Origin: Yuukianura sp. NJ FZ-2021
Taxonomy: Eukaryota
NCBI GenBank assembly: GCA_046563655.1
Contig: CM102290.1
Span: 1,798,001-1,862,000 of the forward strand
Direction of reading: 5' to 3'
Length of the DNA: 64,000 nucleotides
The position numbers and the translations under genes were made by a program. The notes below the pieces were generated by a model, which was not told the DNA's origin, searched no databases, and saw only the letters and a program-made list of their open reading frames with translations. This document shows, piece after piece, positions 51,041 through 61,657 of this stretch. The number at the start of each line of letters is the position of its first letter. The stretch's first letter is position 1.

Positions 51041-51634
51041 GTACTTCAGCCGAGAAAGAAAAGACGCTGAGGCCCGGCAATTGTGGTAACAAAAAAAAAC
51101 TTTGGCCTGGCCTCATTTGTCCAATATACTCCTCTCTACTACTAAAAGCTTCATTACGTTCTTGTTTTAGTTAATTAGGCAACCATTACTAAACTATAGA
51201 GACTTAACATCCTCCTCCTAACTAACACTTTAGCCAAGGAACAACCTTTAACTTCATATAAGCTTAGCATCGTGTTCCACTTTCGATATCAAGACCAACA
51301 TTCACTCCAATTTGTTTTGGACAATAAGCTACGGAAGAGTTAAAACTATGGTGACCTTGAACGTTTTTAACAAACGTTCTAGGTCACCACAAATCATCAA
51401 TCCAAAGTAAAGTAAACTGCAAACAATAATTCATTTCAGATACAATTTAAAGTGCGTGGTTATTATGCCTATCTGTCTGCAGTCAATTGCTAATTAGGAT
51501 GAAGACCAATTCAATGAGCAACAAATGTTATGAGTATGACGGAATATTTGAAACGCTTAGAACAAAAATATATATTTGAAAACTACTTAAGTCTAAAGAC
51601 GATTGTTGGCACATTTTTGACATACTTAAAAAGA

Positions 51635-52897
51635 CTAAGAGGTCAATTTCGTAAGAAACTTTTTCGTATACTCGTAAGCTAAAAATAGAGCTCCAGTAGC
51701 CGGAAATGTTCGAATCACTGTCGGTCCAAGACCATTGTACAAAGCTCTAACGCCCTCTTTCTGAACAATGTCCAGGAGACACCGAGTCATTGAAATGTTC
51801 AACTTATTAATTTGAATTCTGGACTTGATTACATCACTGGGGAAAATCATTGTCCAGAAAGTGACACCACCTACACCACCAGCACATATTGTTCGGATTG
51901 GACCTGGAAAGTTAAAACATGATTACTATACTGTCCAGACTCCAGAACTGTGAAGAAATGTTCGTGATTATCATTGGTAACTCACCAATGTCATCTTTGT
52001 GCTTTCCTGGAGGTGTGAGCAAGTGTCGAGTGGCTTCGTAGCCACCGAAGAAGAAAAAATAGCCAGGCATTTCGCGAGTTAACGTCGACGTGAGCCCTCT
52101 GAAGAAACCGAAGAATCCTTCATCCCTCATGATTTGACGACAGAGGTTCCATGGTCCTATCTAAACAAGCCAAGAATGGTTAATCCAGTGACATACTTCA
52201 TGTTTAGTAACAAGAATGTTAACATACATACGTAGTTAGGCTTTGCGTTGCCACCTTCGACAGTACCAATTGCCGCAGTTTCACGGAGTGCTTGAAGTCT
52301 ACATTTGACTAGTTCAGTTGGACAGAGGGTAAATGATGAAAAGAATCCAGCTAAAAATCCAGACGTGGCGTTGTATACTGGACTCATGGTCTCTGCGTTC
52401 TGAATTGGCATTAAATAGAACACAGGTTAGAATTATATTTTAGAAACTAGTCACTTTTTGATTTGTTAAACTTGTAAACGAAAAATTTACTTGAGAAAAC
52501 GTATATGCAACAGCTTTTTGGCAGAATCCATAAGCCGCAAAGAGGATAGAGTTTTCGGCTACGTTGGCAACAAGTGCCGGCACAGTTCCAGCGTATAACC
52601 CGCGCCGAATCCCGTCTTTCCGGTAAGTCTCAGATACACAATGCCACATCCCCTTGGAATACAGTCCTGGAAACGTTTGCATTTTGACTTTGACAGTGTC
52701 CAGTGGTTGACCAACGTAAACACATGCTGTTCCACCTGTAAAGAAACATAACATTTAACGTCAATTCTACATTAAGTAAAACATTTTCTGGACAACGTAC
52801 CAGCAGTGCCTCCAATTAAATCTATGATTGCTGCTTTGACGTTATTGGCCTCTCGATGTGTCTTTTCCGCTACAACGTTCAGTTCGTATCCGTCCAT
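51635..52897 (-). CDS. SLC25A15: Mitochondrial ornithine transporter (SLC25 carrier)
   Basis: [111 protein letters not shown]. These give three carrier repeats. Confidence 0.93.
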
Positions 52898-53464
52898 TTC
52901 TTAAAAATTAGTAAAGATCCAGTGGCAGTGACACTCGCAGTGTGTCAGTTAACACAGTTCTTATAATTGACGGCGGGCAGGGCGTATGCTCTCGACAGTC
53001 TCTCAAGATGTTAGTGGATCCTATAGCTCGTTCCTATAGTACTTGTCCAAGGCCAACTGTAATGTGACCAGATCCAGTTCTTATAGTACTCCGTAAACAC
53101 TGAAGCTATGGCCAAACAACAGAAAGTTTGTTTTAGTCTTATGAAGGACGAGGAGAACATCTTGAGATTAGTAATTAGTCAAATAGTTTAATTTACCATA
53201 TCCCTATTGCTATTCCCAATCCCAATCCCAAGGAGAGTCCCCGGCCGGTAATTCTCGTCACTTCAAGTGGAAGAATGGAACTGCAATGAACGATGACGAT
53301 GAGGTTACCACATGCTTGACAAGACAAGTGACACGAGGTAATAGATAGTAACTGGTTATCCATAATCCACTTGAGGCTTCTTCACTCTTCATTGACATGC
53401 CTATTGTCCGAAAAAAAAAATACCAGTCGTGGAGCCAGCCTTTTAAGCCCATAAACATCCATAG

Positions 53465-53741
53465 CGAGGTGGATAAGCAAAGAACTATTTCTTCTTCAAA
53501 AGGTTAGGCAATAACTCGAGTTTTAAGTTTTTTCCGAAAGATTTTCAATGCTGAATTCAATTAGTTTCAATCGCGGTTGGTAACCTACACGGAATTAAAA
53601 AATACGGAGAGGTGGCTTTTGAATTGGCAAATTCAGAGTAAAATGTAGAAAATACAAATAAGGTAGAAAATTCTTTGACTCAAGATTTTTCGAAAACAGG
53701 ACTTATTGCCTAACCTCAATTTCGTTGCTACAGCTACCTTG
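53465..53741. mobile_element. P-element-like MITE (CAAGG family), copy 6
   Basis: Ends cgaggtggataagc ... gttgctacagctaccttg. Perfect 8-bp TSD atccatag at 53457-53464 and 53742-53749. Confidence 0.9.
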
Positions 53742-54068
53742 ATCCATAGTATCACGCTAACTTTCAAATTGACGTCGCTTATGCCTTTGTCTCCAATTTC
53801 AAAACATTTTAATGTCACGGATCGATTGAGGCAAGAGTGAAGTGAAAACGTTAAGTACTTAAGTCAATTAGTACGTTTTAGGATTAGTGAACAACAACAA
53901 CAGTGAACAACAAATTCAACAAGTCTAGACACGCACCTAGTATTATGTAAGTACTTAAGTTAGAATGAGATTCAGAAGTCGATGTAACGATGTGGTGTAA
54001 TGGATTTATGCATTGGAGACACCAAGGTCATGGTCCCCGGGTATCCCAAGATGAGCTTGTTCATGTCC

Positions 54069-57000
54069 TTAAGTAGCCCGAAGTTCCTGCTTCAAGCAGT
54101 TCTTAAACGCCTCCCAACCCTCCGTTTTAGAAGAAACCTGGAACCGAAAAATCGGATTAATTAACTCGACAATTTACGTTATTTAAGTTGCAAGTTGAAC
54201 CTTGAAACCACGGTGCAGGCGATCCTTCATGACCCCAATGAACTCCCGATGACTCAAATGACTATCATTGTCCGCATCGAAGATTTGGAACACCGTTTCA
54301 ATCACGTGCGGACTCAGGTCTGTTCCAGTACAAATCCGAACGGCTCTCCGGAACTCTTCTTGAGAAATTGGTCGATCTGCCAGTGTGTACATGCGCATGG
54401 CGACACTAAAGTCATCCAAGTTGTTCAGAAATTGACAGAATGCCCGGAATTCCAGAAACGTTATGCCTTGTTCCAACTTGATACGTTCCATGAGACGTTC
54501 CAAGTACAAATCGTACTCTTCCGATTCCAAATAGGTGTATCGAAGAAGTATCTTTGCAAAGTCCATTTGAGAAATACAGTCAAGCCCTTTGGAGAATTCA
54601 TGAAATTCCAGTTCTTGAACTTCCGTTTGAAGGTCTTCCATGAACCTAAAATGAATTCCAATTTTATGAAATTCGAAACTACCGTATTTCCTCGCCTATA
54701 ATACGCGTGCTGTCTGGAAATTTCGACAAACAGGAACCAAGAACTTCACTACAACCAAGTTAGGAAACCCAACGAAAAAAGTATGTTTTCAACTTTAAAC
54801 TTCAGGTTTTCATCCTATTGGAGTATTTGTTGAGAATTTCTGGATGCGTGTTATACGGAAGTGCGGATTATAGGCGAGGAAATACGGTAATCTTCGTGTT
54901 TTTAGGAATTCCAGCACTCACTTTTTGAAATCCTCGTATCGAATGTCCCGTTGTCCTTTAGGACCAAAGAAGTGAACCAGCAGAGTCGTGTCAACAAAGT
55001 GGCGCCTCTGAAGACCTCGATCGTCTACAAAACGTCAATTAATCAACTAAGTTTTAATTAATTTTTAATCATTAATTGGCGTTAACTAATTAATTAACTT
55101 ACCATCCACTAAAACTTCATTGAGAATTTCATCCATTCGTTCACTCGTATTTTTAAGTTGGTCTTTGTCTTTGTTCGCAGCAGCTTTTTGTTCCGATTCG
55201 TCGTGACTCACAATTCCGCGTTTCTCTTTCCAGGCCATACTAAAAATTTCTTCTAGCTAAAAAATCAAAACCAAAAAACACTTTAGACAATTCATCCAAA
55301 ATAGACCAATTTCGAAAGCAGTGAAAACAAAAATTGTATTGAAAAGACAAGTGAAACATGCAGCAGTGACAAACGTGATTCTAAATGCAGCGTATTGACG
55401 TAATAATGCAGATAACTACAGATTCTGGATCATAAATAGTGAAAAAAGTCAAGGTGTTAACAAACTTTTTAAACAGATAGATAAAGACACCATCACCACC
55501 CAATACGAAGAAATACGAAGAAATTGTTTTTAGAAACCAACACTAGCAAAGGAAAAAATACAAGTTCAGTCTTTTTTTTTAACAATTTCCACAGACGAAT
55601 GGTATTGCGACATAAAGAAAAAAGTTAAACTTTTGTTTTACGGGACGAAAATGGCAGCGGAAGAGAACATTTTAAAGCTTTTGCAAAGAAAAGTACAAAA
55701 GTTCATCCCTGATTCTAAAAAATGATTTTTTAGAGCTGTTTTTTAAAAAAAATTTTCATTAGCTGCCTTTTTTTGAAAGTTGAAGTGAGCACTGCTTTTG
55801 CCCGGACCATTATAACCAAATGCAGCAGCAGAAAGATATAACTTTGTTATAAAGTTTTTTTTTTTTTTTTTGTAATAGAGAGGTCTCGATTTGAAACTGA
55901 TTCTGACTGTAACACAATCACAAATAGAACAAAATGTTGCTAAGTTCTCATTTCTTTTCTTATTAATCCTTCGTAATCCTATCTCTTATCCAGTTTCTGA
56001 TGGACGAAATTGAGTTTCGTCCGGAGGAAACGAATCAAATCCGGATAAAATTCAGCTTGTCATGGACGAAATTGAGTTTCACCCGGAGGAAACGAAATCC
56101 GGACGAAATTCAGGTCTGATGAACGAAATTAAGTTTCGTCCAAAAGAAACCAGCAATACCCGGATTATCCACCACTTTCGAGGAGAGTGGCAGAAATATA
56201 TTATGCATTCAGTAACATTGAGCTCCTGAGTTATGTTTTGAGAAAGGGTGAAAATAATTGTAGAAAATACCACCATTCTACAATCAGAATCAGCTAAATC
56301 GAAACCTCTCCAATGTAAACTGGGTAGATGTAAACTTAAAAAACTGAACCTTTGGATTTGAGGAGGAAGTGTCGGTGGTGGAAGTAGGAACAGGAGAAGT
56401 AGTGGAAACACTGGCAGATCTACCACACTTTGGAGGAAGTACGGAATGACGTACAAAAACTTGCATTTTCTGAATCGAGAAATCTTGCTTGTATGTGTGA
56501 AGAGGAATCAGGTACAACAACTAATAAGAAATAAAAATCAGAAATTATCAACGTTCCAAAGTCAGATCGAGCATGAACCGAAGCATAACTGTAGTATATC
56601 AATACCTTCATAATAAATTAAATACAATTACTCAATTAACTTTACCTAAGTTCAAATCAACCTTAAAGTGAATCCTTAATCATAATCAGTGAAACAGGGA
56701 AGCATAAGTGGCTTTGGTTTCATCAGTTGCAGAAAGTCGATTGGTCGACAACGTTTTTTAAGCAAATGCTTACTTGGATACAAGTTTTAAAAATGTCGAC
56801 AAATTGACTGACTACAAAAGATTGTGCTTTTTACTAAAAAGAAATGTAATTTTGATTACATATCGTTTTTAGTAAGTTGTGGAATGCGACGTGCGGAAAT
56901 TAAAAACATAATTCACTGAGTTGATTCGATGTCAAAAATCAACTTGACTCAAAGGTAAAAACGGGGTATCTACTGCCTTACGACTAGAAATTCATTTTTG

Positions 57001-57910
57001 TCCACTTTTTGGTTCCCGTCTGTATCGAACATGTTAAATGCTATTCGAAAGCCCGTTTGTGGTTCTGGAAAATCAAAGTGAAGAAGTAATTGGTTGTCAA
57101 TTCTTGTAGAATTTTTTCCATCAATTGAATTTGAAGATGTTACTTACTTGTTAGGGTTGACAGAAGGAAAAGGTATTCTGTGTATGAAATGATCCCTAAA
57201 ATAAAATGATACAGAAAAACAGTAATTATGGATTCTGTTAACTATAAATTAATTATAAAGTATAAGAAACCTTTATCGCGGAGGTTACGAAACATTTGTG
57301 GTGAGCCTTTGTTCAAGGGAGGTGTATGTTCACGAATGCCATCCAGATCTTGCTTCGTCAGTGTCTTCCTCTTCAATCGAGCTTAGCATGAAAAGTCAGA
57401 ATGAATGTCAACTAAAACTGAAGAAGAAATTGTGAAGCAAGTATGTATTGTTAAGTACGTCTTGGATCTGCTTCGACAACGGATTCCAGGAAATCCTGTG
57501 GTGTCATGTACAGTTGACCATCGTATTCTACGGAAGCAAATTTCAGAAACCGCCTTTCGCGAGACGTCAATTTGATCGTTTTTATCTCATCCTTCTGCAA
57601 AATAAAAGAAACGTTGAATCAAACTTACTACCCCAGCCATATTTAGATTTAAAAACGTATTTTTCCCTACTTTTTTCGTTTTCATGGCATAGACTGTAGC
57701 TGTTGAGCAAATATGTCGCCATGCAAAGTAGCCGACCGGAAGCAGACCAACCCCGAGAGTCCATAACATCAGTTTCCTATGCAAAGCACCGCGTAGCCAA
57801 TGATACTTCTTGGTTCCTCCGGTACTCAAATTACGCCCACTTCCGGTTGTAACTCCGTGTAGTAATCGCATGAATCCAGCCTGCCGAATGCTGGAAGCAA
57901 TAGTATTCAT
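54069..57910 (-). CDS. MICU3: Mitochondrial calcium uptake protein 3 (EF-hand MCU regulator)
   Basis: Basic presequence-like N-terminus. RERRFLKFASVEYDGQLYMTPQDFLESVVE; GIISYTEYLFLLSTLTKPQTGFRIAFNMFDTDGNQKVDKNEFLV; DTTLLVHFFG; FQIFDADNDSHLSHREFIGVMKDRLHRGFK; ends EGWEAFKNCLKQELRAT*. Confidence 0.92.
54682..54887. mobile_element. Tc2/pogo-like MITE (CCGTA ends, TA TSD)
   Basis: ta|ccgtatttcctcgcctataat ... attataggcgaggaaatacgg|ta, a perfect ~21-bp TIR. Lies in a MICU3 intron. Confidence 0.9.
55999..56150. repeat. Three tandem ~60-nt units, each containing a hairpin
   Basis: atggacgaaattgagtttcgtcc.. at 55999, 56062 and 56118. Stem ggacgaaa/tttcgtcc. Confidence 0.75.
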
Positions 57911-58691
57911 GGTTCCTCAATTACCTTCTTCCCTGTACTTGTTTCAATGTTTATCCACCGATGAGTTGGAAAATATGATCTTCGTGAATCATGATCTTAA
58001 TTGAAATTAAACTCAAGAAATTAATTCAACTCATAACAAAATAACAAACACAACAGCAGGAAGAAAATCAGCTGTTGCTGATGATGTTTATACGAGATGA
58101 TGGATGAGGGAAGTAAACATATACAAACACATATGGGTATGGTAAACACATGAATGAGCCATTTGCTGTAGTACATATTAATTTGATTTGAACAGTACAA
58201 CGTACATGGAATTTTTCCAAATAATTAATTAATTATTGTGATTAAGCAATTTTAATTATCCAACCAATTAAACTTCTGTGCGAACGCTATTGTTTCAAAC
58301 TTCCAAGCGTGAGAAAACATTCGCTTCGGTTGTCTCATTTTCAAATAACAGAAAGGCCGCGACGTCGGTGTTTTGCTTTTAATTTGTCACATGTGCCTCA
58401 TTTGCTCCATTTCTTCTCAGGTTTTAGGTAATTGTTGTTGTGTTAAATTAACTTGACTAATTAGTTGATATAGTAAATCATCTTAGTATTGAAATTGGAC
58501 AGTTTATAGACGTCTCCTTGGTTGTACTATCAGGAGGAGGACCAAACTACAAACTAAACGTAAGTCGTAAAAAGCATAACTGACAATTGAGAAACAAATA
58601 TTTTACAGGGCTTTGAAAGCAATGTTTTTTTCTTTGTTTTAGGTTAATTTGTTAGGCCCTGACCTATTGACCCTCGTACCAGTGATCCAGA

Positions 58692-61141
58692 ATGAGGATT
58701 CTGTCAAGTAATTTGTGCAACATGGTGGCACGGTCGGTTTTTCTCCTGAGAAAGACCAATGTCTTGCGACCTATTTATACCAAATCAGCAGTCTCAGCAA
58801 CAGTACCTAACCAGAAGGAGGATTATAAAAAGTTCATACCAGTAGAGAATAACTCTGCATACAAATTCCTCAAGTCACGGCCTCAATATGAAGCAATGTT
58901 TTTCGATCCCAAATCCCTTACGACGAAACACAAGCAGTCGGGAGATGGTGTCGGCGAAATCGTTTCTCGTTTTGGTTCCATCGCTACAAAGGACATGGAC
59001 TTCCGAAACAAGGACTTCGACACTGAATTAGTTAATTCAATCTTGTCTCAGTTGGACAAATTTAGAGACGAAGACCTGCAAGCTCTACTGTATCACAGCT
59101 CACAACCAGTCAATCTCCCGAACCCCGATGCTCCAAACTTTGAACGACTTTGGAAAGGATTGGACGCTGAGTGCATGAAGCGTGCCGGCACTTGGACATT
59201 CAATGAATTGTTTGCCATGGTTGACCTGTGGTTTCTCAATAAGTTGTTTCGGTATACCGATATCCATTGGTATTTAGTCAAGAAGATGTTCAGGAAGTGC
59301 GAGAGGTTGACAACGGCCGAATTCATCCGGTTCCTCTTCTCATTAAACCTTGTTCGTCGAATACCAGAGTCAATCAACACTTATGAATTGGAGCACTGTT
59401 TATCAAAACATATTGATGACATGAACGCTACAGAGGCAGCCATTGCAGCAATGGCTTTCTTCAAAACCAAAACGCCGATACACGACTACGCCCTTTTTAC
59501 AAAGTTCCTAGAAGTGGTCATTTCGGAAGCTTCAACATTGGAGTCCGTTTTCGTGGCAGCAGTGGCCAAGGTGGGACGGTTAAGTGGCAAAGGGAAAACA
59601 GCTTCAATGTTATACAGTTTTCAAGAAGCGTTTCTTCCAGAAATTGGAAGACTTGACCTAGCCGCAGCAATGCATGTTGGGATCATTGGTACTCGAACGT
59701 TCATTGCTCATGAAGAGATGCTGCACAATGTACTGCGCAAGACTGAAGCCAACATGGACCACCTAAGACTGAAGGACATGGAGAGACTCCTCCTGGCTCT
59801 CACGATGTTTGACATTGACTGTGACCCCTTCTGTCACAAGGTCCTTGAACAACTCAAATCTCCGAGTAGACATGCCGAAATGAACCAGTTCGCTAGGACA
59901 CTGCCTGCCATTGTGTACTACATTTCTATGAAGGAAATTTATCCGTATGATCTCATCAATCAAGTACTGGATCCACAGTTTCTGCTCAACCACTACGGTA
60001 AAAACGACTATAAATCAACTATGCCGTCTTTCCGGGATTTTTTTTCCCGGCGTTTCGAACAGCTTCAAAACCGCCAAAGTTCAAAAAAAAATCCTTTCCG
60101 CAATTTTTTTTTTTCATGGGAAGAGTCCCCTGCCTATGAAAAAAATTTGCGGAAAACGATTGACAAGAGTGAAAAGGAAGAACAAAAAAAAAATTTTTTT
60201 TTTAAATTTTGGCAGAAAGAAGTTTAGACATATTTCAGACTGTTGAATTAATCGTTTGGTTTTTCTTACTTTTCAGGAAGGGATACTCAGAAATATCAAC
60301 GTGAACTGCTTTGCCTTGACTTTACTGTACAAATTGAATGTCCAGACTACAAGGGTAATCGATTAACAGAGAAAATTTGGAAAAATGTTTGCCGGGTAAG
60401 ATTCTCAAATCTCAAACCATAAAACGTTTTTTTAGTTTTAAAATGTTGACCGCTGACATCTAATCTGAATGTTTGTTTCAGACTAACATGCTGTGGCTTT
60501 GGCCCGAAAGTCACAATAAGGTTTCTGCTTATGAACATTCAGCCCGCACTGCTGCGCAGTACATGCGGAATATCCTTGGAGGAAAAGAATTTGTTTTCAC
60601 ATGTAACATTCTACCTCAATTCCATTCTGCAGGTACATCAATTAATTCAGACCACAAATACAAACGAATGAAATGCATTTTGATGATTTTGTAGAATTGG
60701 TATTTTTCATGGACAAGGACAACCGACCCGTCAAAATCCCTGAACGTTTCATGAATCTTCCAAATCATGAAGTGAAGTACGTTCCACATGATGATCTTCC
60801 AGAAGGAAGTACACCGCATGCCATCCTTATTCTAGGGTACAATTCAGTTGTTCGAAACAGGACCAGGAAGTTGTTGGGACAAGTCAGTCTGCAGAAACGT
60901 CAGTTGGCCAAAATGGGCTATACTGTTCACTTGGTATGATCACTTACATCAATCATCAATCATACAAACTCAACTTTTTAAGCTGAGTTAACCCTAACTG
61001 CTTTGTCAAGAAAATTTTCAGTTTTTTTTTGATTATCTTGCCTAGGTTTATCCTGAAGAGATCAATTTTGAAGCCCAAGAAAGTCAACAATTTCAAAAAT
61101 CCAGGACTGAATTTTTCCGTAAAATTGCTTTAGGAGAGTAA
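58692..61141 (+). CDS. FAST kinase domain-containing mitochondrial RNA-binding protein (FASTKD5-like)
   Basis: Presequence-like N-terminus. FASTKD5-like helical motifs: LWKGLDAEC, AAMAFFKTKTPI, LRLKDMERL, IYPYDLINQVL. ILPQFHSA|ELVF. RAP-like C-terminus (LLGQVSLQKRQLAKMGYTVHL|VYPEE..). Exons at approximately 58692-59997, 60277-60394, 60482-60632, 60695-60933 and 61046-61141. Confidence 0.8.
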
Positions 61142-61189
61142 CACTTTTTATTTTCTCATTTTTTGGTACATTTTGGCTGCTGTACTACT

Positions 61190-61320
61190 CCTAGCAACCT
61201 AACCTGAAAAAACATTGGAGTTTTTCTACTACTGAGCGATCAGCGAAAAAACAAACGTTTTTGTAAAAATCTCACAATACCCCAACGAAATTTGAATTTT
61301 TTTGAACAATTACGAATGAC
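61190..61320. mobile_element. Long-TIR MITE (CCTAGCAACCTAA family), solo left arm
   Basis: cctagcaacctaacc..ggagtttttctactactgagcgatcagcgaaaaa..aatctcaca..ccccaac. No right TIR found. Confidence 0.75.
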
Positions 61321-61657
61321 AATTTAACTAAAAATCATAAAATATTTCAAATTACGCACAAAAACAGAGATTTTATTTGCCAAAAAAGTGGTGATTTGAT
61401 ATGGAAATGGTTGAGTTTTGAAATTTTTTATGTTTTTGGCAAATCAAGCATGATTTTTTTTTCGTGTCCCCTAAGATGAAGATTTGTGAAGTAGGTACAG
61501 TGTAGAATCCTCACTAATTAATTGGAATTACTTAACAGGAGCAATTAACGTAAAGTGAGATCAGGTTGGACTTGGATTTACAAAAATATTAATTCTCTTT
61601 TTAAAAAAATACAAAAAGTCAGTCAACGGTGACATAGTAAGGTGGTTGGTTTTGTGT

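Noticed and set aside
59998..60227. K/F-rich C-terminus of ORF 58692-60227
   Set aside because: This is intron read-through after the donor at ~59998.
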